Part shown: one piece after another, positions 54,955-64,000 of the stretch
How positions within the stretch are numbered: position 1 is the stretch's first letter
Layout of the letters: each line of letters opens with the position of its first letter
DNA from: Bacteroidia bacterium
Lineage (GTDB): Bacteria; Bacteroidota; Bacteroidia; Bacteroidales; JAPLDU01
DNA: 64,000 nucleotides
Assembly (NCBI GenBank): GCA_026391255.1
Contig: JAPLDU010000087.1
Location: 348-64,347, forward strand
Direction: 5' to 3'
Translations under genes and position numbers: made by a program
The notes under the pieces: generated by a model
Told to the model about the DNA's origin: nothing
Seen by the model: only the letters and a program-made list of their open reading frames with translations
The model's database searches: none

Positions 54955-55210
54955 TCCCTGTTTTTTTAACACAAAATTAAAATATACAATAATCCATTGT
55001 ATACCAAATTATTTTGTTCTTTTTCACAAATATGTGAAGCTTTGAGAACTGTATAGTTTATCAGCTGTGAGCAATATTTTTTGTAAAATTTATAAAATCC
55101 ACCATTCTCTATTTGAATATTAAATTAGTTACTATATTTACTGATTAATTTTGGCAAAGAAATAACATGTAAATTAGTTGGTAAAGCATTAAATTTTATC
55201 ATTTTATAAA

Positions 55211-58200
55211 ATGAAATATATTTTCCGGAAAGTGACAATGAGTTTCATTGCTGCTTTGTTGTTTTCTTTTTGTTCGTTTTCTCAGGTTTCCGTGACTGTG
55301 CAGGTATATTATGGAGGATACGGTGAGGAATGTTCATGGAATATTACCCGCAACTCCGATAGTTTTATTGTTCTGAGCGGTAATGCCGGTACAAGCAATT
55401 CATTTTCGTATAATGGAAATATTAACCTTCTTCCGGGCTATTATACTTTTAATGCATTCGATTCTTATGGTGACGGCTGGACTGATCCTAACGGCTGGTA
55501 CCAGATAACACCTGCTTACGGTATTTCCACAGGGCAGGTATATTTTTCAAACGGCAGTACACAATCCACCCCATTTGCAGTTTACTATTATTCAGCCATT
55601 GATCTGGGTGTCAGCTCATGGATTTCTCCTTTATCAGGACCATCACTTTCCAATTCTCAGCAGATAACCATTGCCGTTAAAAATTATGGAACGAATTCGG
55701 TCAGTAGCTATTCAATTTCATATTCAATCAATAATGGTTCCAGTTTTATTACACAGTCAATCAGCTCATCATTATCACCGGGTAGTACGGTAAATCAAAC
55801 TTTTACACAAACAGCTAATTTTTCCAATCCCGGTGTTTACCATTGTAAAGCTGTAGTTCATGTCAGCGGAGACTCTGATTACATCAATGATACCTTGTCA
55901 GTAGATGTCAATTCTATCCAGACTGTAAGTACATTTCCCTGGAACGTGACTTTTAATTCATGGCCATTGTCAGGTTGGTCACAGCAAGGAGGAAGCCATA
56001 ACTGGGCATTATATACCAGCGGTTCACTATCCTGTGTCTTCTGTAATTTTTATGTATGGCCAAGTGGAAATGCAGTAATGATAACACCTCCTATAAATCT
56101 TTCCACCCCGTCAAATTTAAAGTTTAACTGGTCAAAAGGGTTCGACCAGAATTATCTGAATGATGAACTGAACGTCTCTGCTTCTATTGATGGAGGACTG
56201 TCATGGACAACAATCTGGGATAAAGCAGGGGCTGACCTGAATTCAAATGATGGTGCAACAAGTACTGCTCCCGGAACTTTTACACAGATGGAGGTTATTG
56301 ACCTTTCACAGTTTTCTAATCACATTGTATATATTAAGTTTAATGGCATTTCGGGTTATGGTTATAATCTTTTTCTTGACAATGTAAGTATTTCCACATA
56401 TCCGCCAGGCGATATGGCAGCTGTTCAATGGATTTCTCCTCAAAGTACAAGTTGCGGACTAAGTTCCTCTGAACCGGTTGTTGTCAAAATACAGAACCTC
56501 GGATCACAGACAGTCAATAATTTTGTGATGGGATATTCAATTAACGGAGGATTGACTTATACAACTCAACCGGTTTCTGTTTCAGTAACGCCCGGAGCCT
56601 ATTACACTCATACATTCACCCAGCATGCTGATTTTTCTGCACTTGGTATTTACAATTGTAAGTTTTTCGTACATGTGGCGAATGATAGTAATTCAGCCAA
56701 CGATACTCTTTCAGGCGTTATAGTGAAGAACCTTAGTTTGATCAGTACATTTCCTTTTACAGAAAATTTTGAATCCGGAACATCTAACTACTTTAATATC
56801 CAGGCCAATGAATATGCATTAGCAAGCATTGTGCAGGATGGGTCAACCAAAGCACTTAAGCTTGAAGGAAATTCTGAAACAGCCGGTTGGATTGGCGGCT
56901 ATTCCGGTTCAGGTATCACTACACATGATAACGCATGGATTAATAATATCAGTCATCAGTCATGGGGAATAACCTGTAATGTTGACGCAAGCTCATTATC
57001 TACATGTGAATTATTAATTAATCTGAAACAATACTATAAATACGGTCCTAAATACAGTTGGTTCCGGGTACTTGTCAATAATGTCCAGATTGCGGATATG
57101 AACGGTACAGAAGATTTTAATCCTGTAACGTCATACAGTGATCCATATACGACGAGGTATTTTAACCTGAATGCATATGCAGGAACGCAGTTTACACTTA
57201 CTGTCCAGGGATCTAATAAGCTCAGTTCGGCTTCTTATCCTCCGGGAAATGTTGCCCTGATTGATAACATAACTATTCAACAGGCGCCGGGAAATGATCT
57301 TGCTGTAACCGGGCTTGTTTCTCCACTTTCAGGGTGTTCATTATCTTCAAACGAGCATTTTACAATTGCCATACATAACAATAGTTCAGTATCAATGTCC
57401 AATTTCCCGGTATCATTCAGTACCAACGGAGGAAGTTCATATACTAACGAAACAGTTACCACTTCAGTCAACAGTGGAGCAACTCTTAATTATACCTTTA
57501 TTCAGGCAGTAAATTTATCTGCCACAGGAACTACTAATGTAATTTTTTCAGTGAATTTACCCGGAGATGTTAATACAGTGAATGATACACTGGTCACCTC
57601 AGTTACTCATTATCCTTCCACTTCAGTTAATTTTACAGGATTGGCCGCATCTTATTGCATCAACAGTAATCCGGTTATCCTGACCGGTAGTCCATCCGGG
57701 GGCACATTTACCGGACCCGGTGTGGCCGGAGGCTCTTTTTATCCGTCAAATCTTGTGGCAGGCAATTATTCGATTGTTTATTCTTATACCAATTCTTTCG
57801 GATGTACCAGCCAGGCAGTACAATCTGTCACTGTAAACGGAGTAGCGTCTTCGTTTTCCGGATTAGCCAGTCAGTACTGTATTAATTATGCAAGCGTTAC
57901 CCTTAGCGGAACCCCTGTTGGCGGGTCCTTTAACGGTACTGGCATCAGCGGTCAGACATTTACTCCATCTGTTGCCGGCACAGGAAATTTTACAATCTCA
58001 TATTCTTATACCACAGCAGGATGTACCACAACTTCTAATCATCAGGTTACTGTCAATTCCCTTCCTGTTCCAACCATCAGTCAAAACCAGAATGCATGTA
58101 TCGGGAACGCAGTAACATTATCTACAAGTCAGACATATAGTTTATATTACTGGAGTAATGGGGCAAGTAATTCATCTATTAACGTTACTCAATCAGGGAC

Positions 58201-60064
58201 ATATTCGGTTATTGTTACTGACTCAAACGGATGTACGGGATATGCCCAGCTTAATGTTGCTTTTTCTCCTTTACCGGTAATTGATTTAGGGCCGGATATT
58301 ACTGCGTGTAATGGCAATCCGGTATCAATTTCTGCCGGCTTTGCTAATTCTTATCTCTGGTCAGACGGATCAACAAGTCAGGGTATTACAGTAACCACTG
58401 CCGGTAATTATTCGGTTACAATAACAAACAATGGTTGTTCAAATAATGATAATATCAATATTTATTTTCATACGGTCACTGTAAATCTTGGAAATGATGC
58501 TTCAAAATGTCAGGGTAGCACAATTACAATCAGCCCCGGGGTTTACAATTCTTATCTCTGGTCAAATGGTTCATCTGGTCAGAGCCTGGTTGTTTCTCAA
58601 CCTGGCCTTTATTCCATCACTGTGACGGATGCTTCAGGATGTTTTGCATCTGATAATATTATAATTTCAGATTTTCCTGTTCCTGCTGTAAACGCAGGAC
58701 AGGATATCAGCATATATGATAATCAACCGGCCACACTGAGTGCGACTCCTGGTTTTGTCTCTTATCACTGGTCTAACGGAGCAACAACTCAGTCGTTGAA
58801 TATTACCGGAAGTCAACTGGGGGTTGGTGCTCATTCTTTTTGGGTAAGTATTACCGATTCCAACGGTTGTTCAAATTCTGACACAGTAGTAGTTACAGTA
58901 CTTTCATCATTGATTACCCAAACTCTGACATTAAATTCAGGATGGAGTATGTTCTCATTTTATCTGTCTCCTGTAAATCCCTCAATGGCTAGTTTATTTG
59001 CTCCGGTCGTTAGCAATGTAAGTATAATAAAGGATGGAATCGGAAGAGTTTACTGGCCGGTTTATGGAATTAACCAAATAGGAAATGATACAACCGGAGC
59101 AGGCTACCAGTTGAGAATGACAGCGGATCTGCAATTGCAGGTGACCGGAAACATCATCATTCCGGAATTGACTCCTCTTACTATTTTGCAGGGGTGGAGC
59201 ATTATGGGTTATCTGAGAACCACACCAGCTTTAATTACCAGTTTACTTAGCAGTATTGTGAATCATGTTAATATTGTGAAGGATGAATCAGGGCAGGTTT
59301 ACTGGCCATTTTACGGGTTCAATAACATTGGGAATATGCTGCCAGGGAAAGCCTACCAGTTTAATATGATAAGCACACAAACCTTGATTTATCCTCCAGA
59401 TGGATCTTCGGTTCCGGCCCTGAAAGATATTTATAAGAAAGTGCCTGTTCATTACGCTGTGCATGCTTCAACCGGAAACAGTATGACATTAGGAATTCTG
59501 TTTTATGATAATATGCCAATTAATAAAGAGTACGAAGTGGCCTTATTTGATGAAGACGGGATTTGCATTGGTTCTGCAGTATCTGATGAAAGGTTTATTG
59601 CAGTAACTGCCTGGGGTAAGGATGAAATGACCAGGTCTAAAGATGGCCTGTTGTCTAATGAACAAATAACAGCCCGTTTATGGGATGGAAATAAGGAATG
59701 GACATTGTTTTTATTACCGGAGAATCGTGGGGATGATCGCTATACACCGGATAAGATATCAGTAATAAGATGTGATAATCTCACCACATCTTTGAGCTCA
59801 CTATCCCTGACAATAATCAGCTGTACTCCTGACCCATTCATCCTATCAACCAGTCTTCGGGTATTCTTACCGGTACGGAATGATTTAACTATTGAAATTT
59901 ACAATATGCTGGGTGATTTGCAGTCAAAAAGAACATACGGTGAATTGCCTGCAGGCATAAACCAGATAACAATATCCAGAGGGAATATGGATAGTGGAAA
60001 CTATCTCTTCAGGGTAGTTTCAGGGGGAAAGTATGTATCAAAAGTTTTAACCGTTGAAGATTAA
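55211..60064 (+). CDS. Giant (1617 aa) T9SS-secreted multidomain adhesin-like protein
   Basis: Signal peptide. N-terminal DSYGDGW-motif module. Three CARDB-like modules (G.Y.C...V...D.N..ND). Ig-like YCIN... modules. Five YxWSxG.....I.V...G.Y.VTVTD.NGC repeats. Two ~75-aa GWS(M/I)...V.I.KD..G.VYWP.YG.N.IG repeats. A divergent WGKD...ARLWDG module. CTD at the C-terminus. Confidence 0.8.
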   Translation: MKYIFRKVTMSFIAALLFSFCSFSQVSVTVQVYYGGYGEECSWNITRNSDSFIVLSGNAGTSNSFSYNGNINLLPGYYTFNAFDSYGDGWTDPNGWYQITPAYGISTGQVYFSNGSTQSTPFAVYYYSAIDLGVSSWISPLSGPSLSNSQQITIAVKNYGTNSVSSYSISYSINNGSSFITQSISSSLSPGSTVNQTFTQTANFSNPGVYHCKAVVHVSGDSDYINDTLSVDVNSIQTVSTFPWNVTFNSWPLSGWSQQGGSHNWALYTSGSLSCVFCNFYVWPSGNAVMITPPINLSTPSNLKFNWSKGFDQNYLNDELNVSASIDGGLSWTTIWDKAGADLNSNDGATSTAPGTFTQMEVIDLSQFSNHIVYIKFNGISGYGYNLFLDNVSISTYPPGDMAAVQWISPQSTSCGLSSSEPVVVKIQNLGSQTVNNFVMGYSINGGLTYTTQPVSVSVTPGAYYTHTFTQHADFSALGIYNCKFFVHVANDSNSANDTLSGVIVKNLSLISTFPFTENFESGTSNYFNIQANEYALASIVQDGSTKALKLEGNSETAGWIGGYSGSGITTHDNAWINNISHQSWGITCNVDASSLSTCELLINLKQYYKYGPKYSWFRVLVNNVQIADMNGTEDFNPVTSYSDPYTTRYFNLNAYAGTQFTLTVQGSNKLSSASYPPGNVALIDNITIQQAPGNDLAVTGLVSPLSGCSLSSNEHFTIAIHNNSSVSMSNFPVSFSTNGGSSYTNETVTTSVNSGATLNYTFIQAVNLSATGTTNVIFSVNLPGDVNTVNDTLVTSVTHYPSTSVNFTGLAASYCINSNPVILTGSPSGGTFTGPGVAGGSFYPSNLVAGNYSIVYSYTNSFGCTSQAVQSVTVNGVASSFSGLASQYCINYASVTLSGTPVGGSFNGTGISGQTFTPSVAGTGNFTISYSYTTAGCTTTSNHQVTVNSLPVPTISQNQNACIGNAVTLSTSQTYSLYYWSNGASNSSINVTQSGTYSVIVTDSNGCTGYAQLNVAFSPLPVIDLGPDITACNGNPVSISAGFANSYLWSDGSTSQGITVTTAGNYSVTITNNGCSNNDNINIYFHTVTVNLGNDASKCQGSTITISPGVYNSYLWSNGSSGQSLVVSQPGLYSITVTDASGCFASDNIIISDFPVPAVNAGQDISIYDNQPATLSATPGFVSYHWSNGATTQSLNITGSQLGVGAHSFWVSITDSNGCSNSDTVVVTVLSSLITQTLTLNSGWSMFSFYLSPVNPSMASLFAPVVSNVSIIKDGIGRVYWPVYGINQIGNDTTGAGYQLRMTADLQLQVTGNIIIPELTPLTILQGWSIMGYLRTTPALITSLLSSIVNHVNIVKDESGQVYWPFYGFNNIGNMLPGKAYQFNMISTQTLIYPPDGSSVPALKDIYKKVPVHYAVHASTGNSMTLGILFYDNMPINKEYEVALFDEDGICIGSAVSDERFIAVTAWGKDEMTRSKDGLLSNEQITARLWDGNKEWTLFLLPENRGDDRYTPDKISVIRCDNLTTSLSSLSLTIISCTPDPFILSTSLRVFLPVRNDLTIEIYNMLGDLQSKRTYGELPAGINQITISRGNMDSGNYLFRVVSGGKYVSKVLTVED

Positions 60065-60154
60065 CAAAGAAAGAATTATTAAGATATTTTGTTTGAGATA
60101 TTTGTGAAAATTTGATAATAATTTAATGCAATATATTAACTAAAACACTTGGTT

Positions 60155-63100
60155 ATGAAGCAAAATTTACTTTTAAAAAGGTTAGTGATGCTGGTATTCT
60201 CAGTATCTTTTAGTACGATGGTTTTTGCAACAGGTCTTCCCTGGACCTTTAATAGCACAAGCCTGATAAGTTTTATAACAATTAATCCTGGTACTGTAAC
60301 CATCAATGGATCTGCAATTTCAACTAATGATTACATTGGTGCTTTCTACAACCTGACAGGTGGAGGTCTTGCATGTGGAGGTTATGCGCAATGGACCAGC
60401 AGCGGCATATCTACATTCCTTGCGTATGGATCAACTGGTACAAACAATGGGTTTGCAGCAGGAGAGGCATTTAAATGGAAGATATGGCGTGCATCAGATG
60501 GACTTGAAATCACTGCAACCGCCACATACAGCGCTGGTGGAACATTCGTAAATTATAATTTTCCCCCCAACCAAACTATTATAGCCACTCTTTCCGGTAC
60601 TGTACAGACAGGATTATCGGCTACTGCAACCGGTACTAATATTAATTGTTATGGTAATTGTAGCGGTTCAATTCTGTTGGCTGCAACCGGAGGTACTACA
60701 CCCTATACATATGCCTGGTCAAATGGAGCGACTACCCAGAATCTGTCGGGTCTCTGTGCAGGTACTTATACTGTTACTGTCAGTGACGCTGCAGGTGGTG
60801 GTGCTGGCAGTCCATTTAACTGGACCTATATAAATTCAGGTAACAATGAAAGTGTTCTGGTACAAACCGGAGTGGTAACCATTAACAGTAACCCTATATC
60901 CATTGGTGATTATATTGGTGTTTTTTATACAGCTACCGGTGGAGGTATAGCTTGTTGCGGTTACGCAATGTGGACTAATGCAAATACTAATATCGTAGTC
61001 TGGGGTGATGATTCTATGACCCCTGATAAAGAAGGTTATTCTCCGGGAGATACTATTAAATATAAAGTTTGGAGAACATCAAACCATCATACTATATCTA
61101 TGACCGCTACCAATTTCTCAGGACCAATTACCTATGGCGCTAATAATATGGTCGTTCTTGCCACACTTACGGGCACAGATGCTTCCGGTTCTCCAAATAC
61201 TGCCACAGCTTCTGCCACCATTACCCAGCCGGCTGCACCTTTAGCATTGACACCAACTGTTTCTACTTATGGGTCTTATAATGTAAGTATTAACGGTGCA
61301 ACTGACGGATACATCAACCTGGCAGTCGCCGGAGGTACTACACCATATTCCTTTTTATGGACGGGAGGTGTAACAACTCAGAACAGAACCAACCTGGGAG
61401 CAGGAACTTATTCAGTCACAGTTACTGATAATAAACAGTGCATTGTTACTGCATCGATCATCCTTACCCAGCCACCTAGTCTTTCAGCAAATATAAACGG
61501 TACAAACGAAAGTTGTTTTGATCAATGTAATGGTGCAGCCAACCTGACCGTTACCGGAGGTACTACACCATATCATTATATGTGGTCAAACGGAACAACT
61601 ACCCAGAATCTTTTAAATCTGTGTCCTGGCAATTATAGTGTTACTGTAACTGACTCATACGGGGCTGGTAGTAGTTCTTTACCATTTACATATATTATTA
61701 CCAGCAGTAATGCAACAGTTCTCATACAGCCAGGTGTTGTCACCGTAAGTGGGAATCCGATCTCAACAGGAGATTATGTTGGAGTCTTTTACGTAGTGAA
61801 TTCAGTACTTACCTGTGGTGGGTATGCGAGTTGGCCGGGTATTCAAACGGCAATCGCTGCCTGGGGTGATGATTCCCAGACTACTGTTAAAGATGGATTT
61901 AGCGAAGGAGATCCATTTAATTGGAAATTATGGCGCGCATCCGACGGCCAGGTTATTACGATGACCGCTACTTACCAGACAGGTTTTCCTAACGCTGGAA
62001 CATTTACTAACAATGGTATGAGCGCTCTGGCAACACTGACCGGAACTGCTATTACACCAAATCATACAACAGCCAGTGTTACCATTACACAACCCACTGT
62101 ACTTGCTTTATCAGCCAGCGTGGTTGATGCAAGCTGTGGTGTTTCAGGTTCAATAGATCTGACTGTTACCGGAGGTACCACTTCGTATTCATATTATTGG
62201 TCAACCGGGGCAACTGTTCAGGATCTGTTTAATATTCCTGCCGGAACATATTCTGTTACTGTGACTGATGCAAATCAGTGTACTGCAACAGGAAGTTATA
62301 CCGTTGGACAGGGTGGAGGTTCACAGGCCAGTCTTACAGCAAATGTTCTGAACGTGAATTGTCCGGGTTCCATGACAGGAGCTATTGACCTGACGGTTAT
62401 CGGAGGAACTACTCCGTTTATCTATATTTGGAGCAATGCAGCTACCACACAGGATTTATTCAATATTGGTGCCGGAACATATACAGTAACAGTGACTTAT
62501 TCAGGAGGATGTACTGTGACCGGAAGTTATACGGTTACACAACCATCGGCTTTTACAGCCAATGCTTCCTATTCATCAATATTGTGCCATGGAGGTTCAT
62601 CTACAGTAACAGTGACAGCTTCCGGAGGTACATCACCTTATAACGGAACAGGCAACTTCAGCAGGACAGCCGGTACATACAGCATGACGGTGACTGATGC
62701 CAATAGTTGCGTTGCTACAACCAGCGTCACAATTACCGAACCATCTGTACTTTCAGCTTCTGCAAGTTCAACATCTATCCTGTGCCATGGAGGTTCATCC
62801 ACTGTTACAGTGACAGCTGCCGGAGGTACAACACCTTATAATGGAACAGGTAACTTCAGCAAGACCGCCGGTACATACAGTCTGACAGTAACTGATGCCA
62901 ATGGATGCATGGCAACAACCAGCATCACAATAACCGAGCCATCTGTACTTTCAGCTTCTGCAAGTTCAACATCTATCCTGTGCCATGGAGGTACATCTAC
63001 AGTTACTGTGACCGCTGCCGGAGGTACAACACCTTATAATGGAACAGGCAACATTAGCAAGACAGCCGGTACATTCAGTCTGACAGTGACTGATGCCAAT

Positions 63101-64000
63101 GGATGCATCGCAACAACCAACATCACGATTACCGAACCATCTGTACTTGCTTTATCAGCCAATGTGGTTAATGCAAGTTGTAGTGTTTCAGGTTCAATAG
63201 ACCTTACCGTGACTGGAGGTACCACTCCTTATTCATATTATTGGTCAAATGGGGCAACTGTTCAGGATCTTTTTAATCTTGATTCCGGAACATATTCCGT
63301 TACTGTGACTGATGCACATCAGTGTACCGTAACAGGAAGTTATACCGTTGGACAGGGTGGAGGCCCACAGGCCGATCTTTCCGCAAGTGTTTATAACGTG
63401 ACTTGTTTCGGTTCGATGAACGGAGCTATTTATCTTACGGTTTCCGGAGGAACTACTCCGTATTTTTATATCTGGAGCAATTCAGCTACTTCAGAAGATT
63501 TAATCAACATTGGTGCCGGAACATATTCAGTAACGGTGACTTATTCAGGCGGATGTACTGTAACCGGAAGTTATACAGTTACACAACCACCAGCTTTTTC
63601 AGCCAATGCTACCTATTCAACAATACTATGCCATGGAGGTACATCTACAGTTACAGTGTCAGCTACCGGTGGTACCACACCTTATAACGGGACAGGCAAC
63701 TTCAGCAAGACAGCCGGTACTTATAGCTTTACTGTGACTGATGCCAATGGATGCATGGCAACAACCAGCATCACGATTACCGAACCATCTGTACTTTCAG
63801 CTTCTGCAGGTTCAACATCTATTCTGTGCAATGGAGGTTCATCCACTATTTCAGTGACAGCTGCCGGAGGTACAACACCTTATAATGGAACAGGCAACTT
63901 CAGCAAGACAGCCGGTACTTATAGCTTTACTGTGACCGATGCCAATGGATGCATGGCAACAACCAGCATCACGATTACCGAACCATCTGTACTTTCAGCT
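60155..64000 (+). CDS. Partial (5' end, at least 1282 codons, runs off the window) T9SS-type adhesin with three DYIGAFY/WKxWRASDG domains interleaved with SprB-type repeats, then a long SprB-like repeat array
   Basis: Absent from the ORF track because there is no stop in the window. Hand translation from the ATG at 60155 (MKQNLLLKRLVMLVFSVSFSTMVFA) stays open to 64000. SprB-type units C.G..NG.I.L.V.GGT.PY.Y.WSNGATTQ.L..L..G.Y.VTVTD. Confidence 0.8.
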   Translation, partial: MKQNLLLKRLVMLVFSVSFSTMVFATGLPWTFNSTSLISFITINPGTVTINGSAISTNDYIGAFYNLTGGGLACGGYAQWTSSGISTFLAYGSTGTNNGFAAGEAFKWKIWRASDGLEITATATYSAGGTFVNYNFPPNQTIIATLSGTVQTGLSATATGTNINCYGNCSGSILLAATGGTTPYTYAWSNGATTQNLSGLCAGTYTVTVSDAAGGGAGSPFNWTYINSGNNESVLVQTGVVTINSNPISIGDYIGVFYTATGGGIACCGYAMWTNANTNIVVWGDDSMTPDKEGYSPGDTIKYKVWRTSNHHTISMTATNFSGPITYGANNMVVLATLTGTDASGSPNTATASATITQPAAPLALTPTVSTYGSYNVSINGATDGYINLAVAGGTTPYSFLWTGGVTTQNRTNLGAGTYSVTVTDNKQCIVTASIILTQPPSLSANINGTNESCFDQCNGAANLTVTGGTTPYHYMWSNGTTTQNLLNLCPGNYSVTVTDSYGAGSSSLPFTYIITSSNATVLIQPGVVTVSGNPISTGDYVGVFYVVNSVLTCGGYASWPGIQTAIAAWGDDSQTTVKDGFSEGDPFNWKLWRASDGQVITMTATYQTGFPNAGTFTNNGMSALATLTGTAITPNHTTASVTITQPTVLALSASVVDASCGVSGSIDLTVTGGTTSYSYYWSTGATVQDLFNIPAGTYSVTVTDANQCTATGSYTVGQGGGSQASLTANVLNVNCPGSMTGAIDLTVIGGTTPFIYIWSNAATTQDLFNIGAGTYTVTVTYSGGCTVTGSYTVTQPSAFTANASYSSILCHGGSSTVTVTASGGTSPYNGTGNFSRTAGTYSMTVTDANSCVATTSVTITEPSVLSASASSTSILCHGGSSTVTVTAAGGTTPYNGTGNFSKTAGTYSLTVTDANGCMATTSITITEPSVLSASASSTSILCHGGTSTVTVTAAGGTTPYNGTGNISKTAGTFSLTVTDANGCIATTNITITEPSVLALSANVVNASCSVSGSIDLTVTGGTTPYSYYWSNGATVQDLFNLDSGTYSVTVTDAHQCTVTGSYTVGQGGGPQADLSASVYNVTCFGSMNGAIYLTVSGGTTPYFYIWSNSATSEDLINIGAGTYSVTVTYSGGCTVTGSYTVTQPPAFSANATYSTILCHGGTSTVTVSATGGTTPYNGTGNFSKTAGTYSFTVTDANGCMATTSITITEPSVLSASAGSTSILCNGGSSTISVTAAGGTTPYNGTGNFSKTAGTYSFTVTDANGCMATTSITITEPSVLSA
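62097..64000 (+). repeat. Nested in-frame tandem repeats inside the SprB-like gene: 198-bp (66-aa) units organised in a 1044-bp higher-order unit
   Basis: ccatctgtac recurs at 62741, 62939 and 63137, with a diverged ccatcggctt unit at 62543 (spacing 198). ctgtacttgctttatcagcc occurs at 62097 and 63141 (spacing 1044). Confidence 0.9.

Noticed and set aside
1-64000. tRNA, rRNA, tmRNA or RNase P genes
   Set aside because: Scanning the intergenic regions by eye revealed no cloverleaf-compatible segments or conserved rRNA blocks. A covariance-model scan (tRNAscan-SE/Infernal) would be needed to be certain.

Overview
AT-rich chromosomal segment that looks Bacteroidota-like: at least six proteins end in T9SS type-A C-terminal sorting domains, and BACON, lamin-tail and SprB-type repeats are present. 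All product calls come from motif recognition by eye, with no database search. Three zones. (1) 0.1-10.5 kb holds a caa3-type cytochrome c oxidase cluster in unusual order (SCO1, subunit I, subunit III, then 5.2 kb of adhesin-like T9SS cargo, subunit IV, a 350-bp minisatellite, subunit II). It is followed by rlmD, an LTD/BACON protein, ppdK, a phosphatase and a porin. (2) 24.8-38.0 kb is a respiratory island bracketed by two divergently transcribed FNR-like regulators carrying N-terminal Cys triads. It contains a hexahaem lipoprotein, a monohaem lipoprotein plus outer-membrane beta-barrel, a heptahaem cytochrome plus FdnI-type cytochrome b, two paralogous monohaem cytochromes c, a 3-TM NapC/NirT-like multihaem protein, and a Tat-FeS/NrfD pair with an orphan bitopic protein. 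I count about 23 c-haem motifs and recognise no catalytic subunit. This is my best candidate for an undescribed system: an inner-membrane-to-outer-membrane electron conduit. (3) 38-64 kb is housekeeping (dnaE, trxA, mntP, hemW, mnmG, ade, uvrC, an M1 peptidase) plus two giant T9SS adhesin-like genes. The last one runs off the window and is missing from the ORF track. Intergenic DNA carries two MITE-like families of four copies each. One has 6-bp target-site duplications and an FNR-box-like palindrome. The other has its hairpin core inverted in one copy and supplies a gene's C-terminus in another. There is also a striking set of modular short-period (7/8/9/17 bp) minisatellites that recur in the same module order at seven loci, some inside operons. 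No rRNA, tRNA or CRISPR was recognised.
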